A stretch of DNA of 64,000 nt from NCBI GenBank assembly GCA_964270895.1, contig OZ185436.1; one strand, written 5' to 3'. The notes beneath the pieces were generated by a model that worked only from the letters and a program-made list of their open reading frames with translations, was not told where the DNA came from and did not search any database. Positions 23,597 to 35,800 of this stretch are shown here, one piece after another; position 1 is the stretch's first letter, and every line of letters starts with the position of its first letter. Source of the stretch: Podarcis filfolensis. Its lineage: Eukaryota. Made by a program: the position numbers and the translations under genes.

Positions 23597-23610
23597 GTGC
23601 CATCTGCTGG
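23597..23610 (-). promoter_or_regulatory. CTCF motif (candidate insulator)
   Basis: Minus strand CCAGCAGATGGCAC matches the CTCF core CCASYAGRKGGCRS; lies between the AprA-like cluster and the CYTH1 3' end. Confidence 0.5.
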
Positions 23611-24984
23611 TTGCTGCTCAGGCTGCATGAGTTTGAAAAGTTGAACCAATTCTAGCAAGAGCAGGATCTTCAAAATTCTGCTCGGGTCCATAATTTTTCT
23701 TTTGAAGTTCTTACTAAGAACTCATGTAGGAAATTAGCCAAAGTTCAACCCCACTTGCTCCATTATCAGGAAGAGCTGCGATGGTCAAGAAAGTCTGCAT
23801 TAGATACACCGCCTCTGTTCTGCTAATGTGTATTTTGAATGCAATTCTCTGACTCAGATTAATTCACTTTTGTAGAATCTGAGACACACTGGAGGTGAAC
23901 ACCCAAGTTTTGCTGGATGTTATTTAGACAAAGCAATTGTTGCCTATTCTTGGAGGTAATCCTGTTATTCTGTAAGTATACAGTGCAACTAAGATTTTAA
24001 AGGCTTTATAATAGATAGAAGTCAACTGGCATGTTAACCCCATCTAGGCACATCCCCTGAGACAGCTTTAAAAATCCAGAATCTGATGAAACAAAAACTG
24101 CATTTTGCAAAGCCATGCAGGGAAAAGACATAACAGTATCGTAACATTATGCTGGTTTGTGACGAGGTGGGTTCAGTGTAGGCATGTTTACATTTTACCA
24201 ACAAGTGGGTTGCTCTTGCTGTTCCCTAAACATAACATCTTGCAGGTTCCCCAGCTTGTGTAAACTACTGTACTGTGGAGATGCAAACCCAGTGGGACTA
24301 GGGGCCCTACTGTAGCCTGCTGTCTTACCCCAAATCCACCAGGGTCTTCTCTAAGCCCCGCTCAAAAAACAACACCCTGGGCAGTATCCAGTTAAATAAT
24401 TGTACCTGTGCAAGGATTTCTGCTAGCACAATGGGACTTCCACTCCCAAACACACAATCCCCAGCTCTGCTCCAGAGGGTTAGGGGATCTTCCAGAACAT
24501 GTTTAGGGAAAGAACATTCTGTTGAGCAAGGAGAATTCATTGCCCTGACTGTTCGCCTTAGTGCAAGCTTGAATACAGCCCACTGTAACCTCATTTCCTA
24601 ATGTACGCTTTATAACCTCTTTGCATCTGGCTACTGATAGCAGCTAGCTATCAGTAACCAGTGTCAATGCTGGGAAGCCAGATGAATGCTTTACATTCTG
24701 GTCCCTTAACTTAAACCAATCTTACCAGCAGCTTCCCCTGGCAGATAGAGAAAAATTAAAGCTGGGGAGGGAAACCACAATGAAACCCTTCCTCAGTATG
24801 GCTACAGAAATGTCCCCAATCTCACAGATCTAAAGAGACTGGCCCAGTTTACCAGCCCCAACTGGCAAGGCCCCTGAATCGCTTGATGCAATGCTACTAA
24901 CCTCAAATAGGAAAACCACATAAATGTAGATCACAGAGACAGAGGCAGCCAAAGAAGGGCATAGAGCCAAGTGTGAGATCAACA

Positions 24985-24990
24985 TTTATT
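24985..24990 (-). terminator. Candidate CYTH1 polyA signal (3'UTR about 1.7 kb)
   Basis: AATAAA on the minus strand; U-rich UTR-like sequence upstream, including TGTACATA (Pumilio-element-like) at 25253-25260. Confidence 0.5.
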
Positions 24991-26711
24991 TGCTGCAGTT
25001 GCTCTGTGCTAGTTCACAAGGTTGTGGCAACAAAAACCCAACAATGGGGTGGAAAAGGATTCAACACAAAAAACTGTAACCAAACTTTTTGACCAGGAGT
25101 AACTTCCACCTTCCTCCCGCAACCCCCTTGCTTCCCGCCCCCCCTTGTGCCACAGCAATTTTTTAGAATTCTGCTATGTTTCACAGAAAACAATCCTCTT
25201 ATTTAAAAACAAATACAAAATAATCTAAAAGGAGAAAAATCTACACAGAGAGTATGTACATCTCCGATAAATAGATTAATACTGAGCTGGGGAAAACTGG
25301 AGCTTTTCCAAGGCGCATAATGAAATCAACAGTCGGGGAAAACCGTCTTCTTACGGCCTACCCCAGCTCAGTGCTCCAGGCATAAGCCATCATCTCATAC
25401 CCCACCCACCCTGGGCTTCCAATGGTTCCCCAGCAACCAATCATCTGCTTGTGCTTCAGAGCCAAGAAGTGCCCCCACTGGTCCAGGACAGCCTTCATCC
25501 CAATCCATCCACTCCCTCTACTGAAAAGTGCAACTGTAAGAAGATAGCCTATGTCAAAGAATCCAGAGCCAGCCTGTTTCAACTTCTTTCTTCAGGGTAC
25601 AGGGAATGGTGCAGGTCTTTTTTCTTCAGCTCTGTCTGCTCCCGATTGCAATGTTAAACAAACAAACAAAAAACGGAGGAAGCTCTGGCTGCAGGGATAA
25701 ATTTTTTGTGCCCAGTTGTTGGGTGAGATGGTTCCCAGCAGCCACTGGCAAAGGGGTGAAAAGCCTCCCTGTAAAGCATCCATGAGGGTTACACTACCTG
25801 CCCACCCACAACCACATGCATGCCGCTAGCTCACAAGAGCACCGCCTTCTCATCTGGGCAAGGTTGCTTGAGTGAGCCCTCTGCTGGCCTCATTCCTGCT
25901 TCACATACGAGGCAGCCTAAGTCAGTGCCCTCTAGAACGAGGGCAGGGGAAATCCTGGAGGTGGCAGCCTTGCCGTTCATCATGCCAGCTGTTGGGACTG
26001 ACATTCTTGGTTGCTTATTACTCAACGTGGTTAACAAAACTCCTTGCGACAGAGAACCCCGGAAATTAAATATGAAAGAGCATACAGCTCAATTGCTTTG
26101 GGGGAAAGAAGCCGTTGGGCTTACCTGACCAAAGAACAGGGAGCAACATGGCGATGCAGAGGGCCACAGGGATCTCTCTGCTTCAGTGCTAGAGAGCCAT
26201 GCCCCCAACCTCTGCTGCAGACTGATCTATGCCTTTGGCAGTTTGTGGTCCATTCCTGATTCAGGGTCTCGGAGAGTATTAGGCCTAAAGCCTGGTACAG
26301 CCGACACTTCTCGCTGGCAGCTTGAATAGGCCTGCCTCACCATCGGCACAGGCAAGGAGCAAGTCAGCCACGGTAGCAGAAAAGACCCCAACAATTCTTC
26401 TCTTCCTGCCACTTGGGCTACCAGTGACGCGGTTTGGCTTCAAGCTGCCCAGCTGAGGGGCTGGCAGGGAGGTGGCATTCTTGCAAATTAAATAAGTCAG
26501 TGAGAGCTGGTGGTTGCCATCAACATAGCCTACCCCCCGCAACTCTTCCTGCCCCCAAACCAGAAAAGAATAGCAAAAGCTGAAGCTAGTCCCCCCTCGG
26601 GGTCATAATGCAGAGCAGGCGGGTCTGTGTCGTCTCGCTCCTCTTCCTCTCTGCCAGGAGACAGAGAGGCAACAGCTGCCAATGTCACTGCTACTCAACA
26701 AAGCCATGTGG

Positions 26712-26790
26712 CTAATGTCTCTTGGTGGAGGAGACCTTCTTCTTGCGTGCAGCAAGCATCTCGTAGAATGGATCCCGGCTAATTGCAGCT
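26712..26790 (-). CDS. CYTH1: CYTH1 terminal exon ([25 protein letters not shown])
   Basis: cttcag acceptor; TAG stop at 26714-26712. Confidence 0.95.
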
Positions 26791-26822
26791 CTGAAGAGAG
26801 ACAAGTGGGAGGCGGGGGGGGG

Positions 26823-26863
<41 letters not shown>

Positions 26864-29800
26864 TAAAAAAACCCACAAAGTGTTAAGGGAAATCCCCAAC
26901 TGATTGGAGATGCCACCCAGCACATAATTATAGGATCAGTCCACCCCCTTAGCTACTGTTTCTGGAAGGAAGCATGATTTAGCTTGAAGAGGCAGCAGGA
27001 AGATCAGGGGACTGTACTTCATTAAGGGCTGCCCTATTTCCCCCTCATAACCCACAACCCACTGGCAAATCTCAACCAGGGAGCTATAGAGAGGCCCCAT
27101 TCTCAGATGCTACATCTCCTCCCCAAAATTCCAGATGTCCACCTAACCACAGATTTGCGCCCCCACCTCCCTCACAGTGAGGAAATCTGGAGGAATGAGA
27201 AATAATTCTTTTCATGGGAGGGGTGTTTACAGCTACTCCACCCTTTGCCCATGTAAGCCTTATAAGAAGCTGCTGCAGGAGAAGGACTGTGAGCTACTTC
27301 ATGGGAGGCATATTTCTAGGGCTAAGCCTGAAACTGAAGCTCCCTTGTTAATTTTGGCTATTGGATGCTACATTTTTAAGTAATCTTTGTTATATTTATA
27401 GCGCTGAAATGTGGGGGTTTGGGGGTTTGTTGTTATGAAATTGTTTTGTAGTATTTGTTTGAAATGCACCCTTTTTTCTTTGTCGTGAGCCACTTTGAGC
27501 ATTTGTGTGTGTGCAGAAACGCAACATGCAAATGAATGAATGAACGAATGAACGAATGAACGAATGAACGAATGACACATTGCTCAAGCAAACTACCCAG
27601 ATCCCTTCACATCATTCCTGCCCCTCCTCACTTGATGCATTTCATCCACTCTTCCTTCTCCTCTGGGGTGGGTGCAGAGATGCGGTACACAGTGTGATTC
27701 CCTTCCACCACACGCCCGTCCGCCTCAGTCTTGCAAGCCTTGATCACCTGGTCTTTGTTGTCAGGGATATACAGCTCAAAGCAGTTCTGCAAGAAGAGAA
27801 GGATAAACAGAATTGATTTGTGGCCAACACCAGCTCAAAATTTCTGCATATTCCAGGGATTTCCCAGACATCCTTCAAGAGCAGGAATTACAGGATTTTC
27901 GACAGCAAGTAACCAGTTCTCTGGTATGACTTCCTGGCAGCAATACAACACTCTGGGAAGGCAACTCTCACCAAGGGCCTACAATTCCACTAGCCGAGCC
28001 AGCATTCCTGGCCCACTGCAGTTATCACCAGAACGACTTGATAAAAATCACTGGCAAGCTGTCTGAGGATCAGACGTAGTTATGAATAAGCCTTTTACCC
28101 ACACATGCAGCCCCATTGCTCCTCAAGAAAGCAAACTAGAAATATCACTGATTAACCACAGTTTCCCCATTTCATCCAAACAAGGAAACTATGGGTGAAG
28201 ACTCTTTGGTTGGATTGATCACAAAGCAGAGGAAGGAGCGAACTAGCTGTGAACAGGAATGGGGCTTTTTCCTATCTTGGCTATTTAAGCTCTGATAGCA
28301 TTATCCAAGTGTAGTCACTAACAGCTCAGATGCTACAGGGTCCTTCAACACCTTGGAGACCTCCAAAAGACAGTGCATATCCTGCACTGCAAAAGCACAG
28401 AAAATAGTACTCTGTGTGCAGGTTTAACATCACCTTGCAAACATCAACATCCACTTAAACACATCAAGCATTTTGCTCTTAGGGCAGAAAAGATGAGTCA
28501 AGTTTCAAAAGCCTGGCTTATCCCTGTGCAGGATTTTTCTGTAGCCAGCTGGGTGTCCTTGCATAGCTTTGCCTCTTCCCCCATGGCAGAATCAGAATCG
28601 ACTCTACAAAAGTAGGCAAGCTTAGTTAATGATTTGCATAATTCAGTTTTTCTTGGTATCATCCTTTTCTTTCTTTTTACATGCACACAGTATCCGCAGC
28701 CTAGGCTCCCCCCAGGTAGGAAGTGGAGAGCACTTCCTACTCTCCAGCACTGGCATTTACTCACAGGCTTCTTGGAATCTTCAACCTCACGGATACTCAG
28801 ATTCTCCAAGGGAATGATGCCTCGTGGCTCCTTGTCCTGCAAGACAACCATTTGTTAATTCAGACACATCCAGGCTGGTTCATTCTGACAAAATATTACA
28901 GGTTCTTCCATCCCAACACTGAACAGTAAGAACACTGCTCTCAGACAGATTCCTCCTTAATGCTCATTTGAAAGGAGTAGCCTACTGCTGCAAACACAAC
29001 CATGGCATCTGACCGACTTAACTGTTTTATTAGGGCATTCGCTTTCATGGGTCCACAACAGAATGCGCTGCACCCAATATATACCCTTGAGATGTCTGAC
29101 TTGGCCACAGTGGCACATGCCTTAGTTGAATCCCGTTTCGATTACTATAACACACTCTACATGGGGCTACCTTTGAAAAGTGTCCAGAAACTTCATCTGA
29201 CTCAAAGAGCTGCAGCCAGATTGTAGACTGGGGCTTGTTATAGAGAGCCCCTTGTTACAACAGCTCTACTGGCTACCAGTCTGTTTCTAGGCACAATTCA
29301 GAGTGCTGGTTATATAACCTATAAAGCACAATACAGTTTAGGTCCTAGCTATCTGAAAGACCACAATCCCTCATACAAACCTGCCCAGAATCTGAGATCT
29401 TTGGGGGAGGCCCTTCTCTCAGTCCTGCCCCCCTCACAGGCACCTTTGGGATGTGGGATAGGACCTTGTGGTGGCTGCTCTCAGACTCTGGAACTCCTTC
29501 CCTAGAGAAGTTTGACTGGCTCCTTCCTTGCTGTCCTTCCGCCAGCAGCTGAAGACTTTCTTGTTACAACAGGCTTTGGGCAACTGACTTGCTTTTAATC
29601 AAAGGGCTGGTGCCATGCTTTTTTCAACATAATTATCTGTACCTTTCTAATAATATATAGTTAGTTTAGATAGTTAAACAAACCTTTATAGTTTTAAAAC
29701 TAACTGCTTTTTAATAATTAAGAGTTTTTCTTCCTATGTTTTTAGCTTATTGTAATGTGTAAGCCACCTTGAATTCTTGTCAGGGGGAAAAGGTGGTATG

Positions 29801-32800
29801 TGTGTCTATATGAAATAATTAAAGCCAAGTCTGCAGTACCTCTACACCAGGCTTCCTCAACCTTGGCCCTACAGATGCTTTTGGCCTACAACTCCCATGA
29901 TCCCTAGCTAGCAGGACCAGTGGTGAGGGATGATGGGAATAGTAGTCTCAAAACATCTGGAAGGCCGAGGTTGAGGAAGCCTGCTCTACACCATTCCCAC
30001 ACCAGTCAGTAAGAGCTCAGCTATGCAGTTGAATCCAGATAACCCATGTCCTGGACTCTTACACGAGCCTAAGACTACATACCATAGTCCATCTTTCAAA
30101 ACTGCACATTAGCAATCCCGTCATGAGATCATGTCCGTGGACACTTACGAGAGCACCCTGTGCCACTCACCGTGGTGTACTCAAAGTAGTAAAGGCAGTT
30201 GTCCGTCAAGATGAACCAGCGCCGTTTCCACGTCTTCACCCGGCCACCTGTGCAGAGAAGAGGCAAGCTTGACAATGCATGCCCAGGCCGAAAGGAGGGT
30301 GCTGGGCACAAGAGCAGCTAAGGCAAAGGCAGAGCTAAGAGCCTACAGGCACAAGTAGGCGGTGTAAGAGAGCGAGTGGCGTCAGCAGTGCAAGCAGAGC
30401 CAGCCGCACACCACAACAGCAGCAGCAGCAGCCAGTGGCTACATGGCGAGCATAGCAGCTGAAGGGGGCAGGCGGAAGGCAGAGGTGGTGGTCATCAAGA
30501 GAAGTGCCCTGCTGCGTATACTATGGAGCAGACATGGATCTGCCGACATGCTGGGGAAGGAAGAGGCATCAGTGTCCTGCTAGTGCTGGAATCTACCTAC
30601 TTAGGCTCTTTATGGACAAAGCTCATAGCTTAGTCAGAGTCTGAGCTCCATGGGATTCTGTTTGCCCTGAGGCTACCCAGGCATCCTGCCTCATAGCCAG
30701 CTCCAACTAATTTAAAAAGAAAGACACACCAACAGACAACCCATGGCTACACAGTCTTTCTCAGCTATGGGTTCTTGTCCCTGAGACTTGCCTGCCCAGG
30801 TACATACAGTTCCAGGCAAGAAGCAGAGCTTAACAACAGCTTCAGGATTAAAAAGGGGTGAGTATTGAAACTACAGGAATCAGCTATTCCCTTTCCTGCC
30901 CCAGTGTGGCTTTTAAGTTGGGCCTCCAGAGCTCCACCCAAAAGGCGGGGTGTGGGGCGGGGCCTGAAATACAAACATGACCTGAAAGTCTTTTCTGTAT
31001 AAGCCCATCTCAGAATAAAAGTTCAATGGAATCCCGCTCTGGTGACTTTTAGTCAGGGTGAGGTGAGAGGGAGGGAGGGGGATTGGCTTAGAACTGGAAC
31101 CCATTGAGAAAGATGCCCCCACCCACCATCCCATCAGTAAACACCGGAGACTCCAGTGGCCCTTCCCAAATTGACACCGAAACTCAGTGTCCAGGATCCA
31201 AATCCAGGGTCTTGGGAAAAGTTTTTGCACAAGCCATCACCAAAATAATGATAATAAAAAGAATCCATACCAGACAGCTCAGATCCCAAGTACAGGGTCA
31301 GAGACCTTGCGACCGCCAGTCAATACAGCGGGGGTCGTTTTGAACACCAAGAGACCCCCAGGACCACCTCCAGCAAAAGCCACCTTGCACCTCACTTGTG
31401 AAAACGACAGAATGCTGTAGCTGCAGGCCCTCCTCGCTTGGCCTCCCCAGTCAGAGGCTGCAAACAACAGCACGTCCAAGAGAGGTGGGGAATACAGGAC
31501 AGGGAGGCAAGATGGAAAGATCTCAGTGGTGGAGAGGGCAACAACTTTGGGTATTTTCTGTCAGCATTGGCTGCTCTCTCAAGCCCATGGTAGTGGAGAT
31601 GAGTCAACAAGATTTAAAAGGTGCAGAACACTAGAGACCCCTCCTAAGGAGGCCCTGACAGCCACAGACCAGCACATACAACAATGAGACCTCATTCAGC
31701 AACACAAGAAGGGAAAGAAAAGGGGGAAAAAAGACAAAACAAGCCAACTGCTCCAGATAGTGCCTGCCACAGTCCCCAGGGAACACAGAAAACCCCACCT
31801 GTTGGGAGCCCCTGGCATCATGGGGTGGCCCACTGCACCACCACTGCCAACCTTCTCAGAAGAGCCACTGCAGGGATCCTCACTCTCTGGTGGTGGGGCA
31901 CACGCCTTTTACGAGGAATGCCAGGAATCTTAAGGCCCTTCTCAGCCCCAAACACTGGAGAACTGCTGCCGGTCAAGAGTAGACCAGGGTGAGGAAACAG
32001 AGGCCCATGAGATTGGCCTCATGGGACAAGTTTGACAGGTGGACCGGGCTACTGATCCACCCATCACACGATGTCACATGGCAGACAGGCATAGCTTTGC
32101 AAGCCTTCATGTCACTCCCCTTCAAACCCTATGTCGGGGGTTTACAATAAGAAGATGGGGTTTCAGAGGCAAGTGCTTTAACACAGTCTTAAGGCTGAAA
32201 AGTGCAATTGGAAGCAGCTTCCACCCCCACCCCCCCTTGAAAGGAGGATCCACTCACTAGAAAGAAAGGTGTGTTTTGCAAGGAAAGCCAGAGGAGGGGG
32301 ACTTCACCAGCACTCTGCCTTTGCTTGCAAAACACAACTTTCTGCTTGCCTTGACTATACACACCTGTTCCCAGTAGAAGGATTTAGACTCCACTCTTCA
32401 GCTGACCAGGATTTGTGGGGAAAGGCCTTGCGGGCCGGGATTAGCCCATGTGCTGGAGATTCCCCACCTTTAGAGTAAACAATACTGGGCTATATGGACC
32501 AATGGTTTGACCTGGTGTTAGGAAGGGTTGCTACCGTCCTATCGGAAGAGTACACAGTGAAACATCTCTAGGGAGCACCAGACAAAAGATGCTTTTTAGT
32601 GTGTGCAAGTTCCAAACAGGTTGTGTTAAGGGTCTGAGGCAAAAACCCAAGTTGGAATTTCACTCACAAAGTTGTTTTCATGCTAGAACAGCTTCTGAGG
32701 TACAACAGCCTTGTGAACAAAGCGGGGGGCAGGCGGTGTCATTACCCCACACACCCTGTTAAGGAGCCCCCAAGCGAAGCTGCTAATAACCAGCTAGAAT

Positions 32801-35800
32801 TACCCAAAGTATTTTTCCCTCAGGACGAGTATAAATAAGCTCATGAGACCAGGATATTATTAACCAGTGGTTTCTAGCCATGGTTGCTGTTCAGTGAGTG
32901 TGTCCCATCTGCTATAAGCCAAGTCCACAAAGTTTTGAAATCTTTTAAGCTGGCTACCAAATGTTCAAGAAGCAACGTTGTTTGAGAGGTTTTCCAATTT
33001 GCTGTCAGTTTTAAGAAGCTGAGGGAATAGACCCTGCCCATTCATTACGCAGCTTTTCCTCCTCCGCCACGACATGGCATTAAATTTAGAAGCCAGGAAT
33101 ATACAATATATACTTTGGATATATATTTTAGCGGTCTGGAGACTTCTAGAGAAAGAAGCCACAAGAATTTCTGCTGATTCTTTGTTTTAAGTTATTCTGG
33201 TTGCCAAGAAACTCTAAAAAAAGCTAACCCTAATTTAGGCTAATACATCTGGGATAGAGGAAGAGACTCTTAATCTCAGAGTTGTGGGTTTGAGCCGCAC
33301 ATTGAGCAAAACATTCCTGCATTGCAGGGGGTTAGACTGGATGACCCTAGCGATCCCTTCCAACTCTACAAGTCTGTGATTCTATCACATTAAACAAATT
33401 AACATTCTCCCTTCGTTTATGATGGCGCGAGTCGATGTTCTCCAAAGGATGGCACAAAAGACTCATCAGCCATGGAATCATTGGGTGGCCAAGGCCCCGT
33501 CTCCACCTCCACCTCCCTACCCTTAAAAATGGAAGCAGTGACCTACTCCACAGGGTTGTTGCAGAGTTAGGCAGGATAAGGATTGGAAAGGATTTACAGT
33601 GTTATAAATGGACTGGTAAGAACCATGACGCGTTACCCAATCAAGATCTTAACAGCTCACTGCCGCCATCGCCTCCCTAGCTCTCTGGGCCTCTTCCCTC
33701 CACCAACTGGGACTCCAATGCCATGCGGCTGCCAGCATGCATCAGCTTAGCACAATTAATACTTCATTAGTCCTTGTTACAAGAGGCCTCCCCTTCTTTC
33801 TGCTGCCTGCGAATTCTTAGGGCCCTTCAGGACAAATGTCCTATGTTAACAACCAGGCTTCTGCAGTTCTAAACTTTATCTCTTGGTTTGGAAATTATTT
33901 TAAATGAAGAGAGGTCGAGAAATCTGTAATAGAAATGTACTGAGATATTTTCTCCATGAAAGGAATGCGGCTTTCTCTGAACACTAGCTTTCTCCTTTTC
34001 CAGCTTAATGAGAAGGGGGGAAACCCAAGGGGAAGAGCTTTCAGTGGGGCATAGAAAGTTCTGCGGGTATGTTGGGAGGCAGGAGGTGGGGCTTCTCAAG
34101 TGACCGGCAGTAATATAATGGGGCAAGTGCAGTAAGTGCAGGTAGCACCAGCACAGCCATGCGTGAACACCCCACCACCATGAACAGCTATGCCTGCTGG
34201 GATAAGGAACCACGATTTGCCAGCTGCTTGCTGCAGGGCTGGTAATAAGGCATTGCCAATGCCTGGATGGTTTCATGATGGCAGCTATGCACTCGCTGTA
34301 GCTGCACTGCTGGGCCTTCTGGAGCAGGAAGCAGTCAGTCTTAAGCAGCGAACGCAGAGTTTCTTGGCAATAGCAAGCCAGGCTCAGTGGCTATGCACCT
34401 TCTCAGGCCGGATTCACAGTGTCAGTTCCCAGAGAGATGTGGCCACGCTGCCATTTTCAAGCAAAGGCGCCATACTGGACAGCAACGTCCATGCCGTGAG
34501 GAGCTGCCTCATCTTGAGGGGTATAGTGACCTCCCTGCCCCCTGCCTCTTTGGGGCAGACAAAAGGCTGGTTCTTCACTGCTGCATCCTACAATGTGATT
34601 CTGACTCCTAAAAATCCAGGGTACTGACAAAGCTGGGGAGAGAGATACTGCCAGGCTCAGACCTGGCCATGTTGTGAAGCTTCTTTGGGGCAATTTTTTG
34701 AGGGATGGGCCAAACAGGACATGGAAACTCCGCCTTCCCGTCACCCCCCCCCCAATCCCACTCACCATCCCACCTGTCCCCCAGTTCCCCATGGACTGTG
34801 CAGCCAGTTAGCAACGGTGGCAATAGCAGCGATAAGACTAGTAATAATCACCAGCAATTTAAAAGAACGAAAGAACAGAAAAATAAAGAAGCATGGCAGC
34901 ACACCCCTGGCCCCGGCAAAGCTAGCGAGGGGATATGGGGGTACGTACCTCCTGGAGTTTGGAGGGCAGGGAAAGGCAGTGCCAAAATCATGGAAACATA
35001 CAAAATGAGGGAGAAAAGAAAATTAAAAAACAAAGGACTTTATCAAATCTGCCCTTGGCGCACACCCCAGTTGCTGCTAACAGGGGGCGCTGCCCAAGCT
35101 AATGAAAGGTGTTGAGCATTAGGGAAAAGAGGGTTGGCAGAAGGGTTTCTCCCAAAACCAGGCCCACGTTTCTCCTGTTGTGGTGCAGGTCTCCCTCTCC
35201 GCTAGAATACCAAGAAGGAGAGTGCCCACCTCGAGGTCATCAAGGTGCCAAAGCCAAGGACACAAAAGCCCCAGCAACTCCTGGCAAAAAAAAAAATAGG
35301 TTCGTCCTTGTTGCTAGCTTAGGAAATCCTGGCAGCGTCAGGAATTTGCTTGCCACAGAAATGGCTCCCTGGTCACAGAATTAGCGATTTTAGTGCCAGG
35401 GCTGGTGACAGCTGTTAAAGTGGCCTGCAGCCCAGACTCCTCCATGTGGGGGTGGCATGCATCATTCGCAGGCGGAAGCAATCAGCAATTTGCTGCTGGG
35501 ATTCAGCTGGAAGACAGCCAAGGCCCCTGCCCCCAAAATCGTGAACACACGAGGAATCGCCTCTGGTGATTACCAACGCAGTTTGGAGCATTCACGGGCC
35601 AAATTAATCTCACTCTCCAAGGATTTTAGGCATGTCTTTGTTTTCTGCCGCCACCCTGCGGCACTGTATCCCAGAATAAAGCTCTACCAAGTCCTGGGCA
35701 CTCAGTGGAAGGGTAAAACCACAGGATGCTGTCTGAGTGATTGCTTCTAACTCAGCAGATTTAGCATTTTGTGATAAAGTCAGCAACATGGTCCCGCAGG

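Noticed and set aside
33254-33385. tRNA genes (also 47652-47785, 22040-22125, 53768-53895)
   Set aside because: These are tRNA-derived SINE heads running into LINE-like tails, without a complete cloverleaf.
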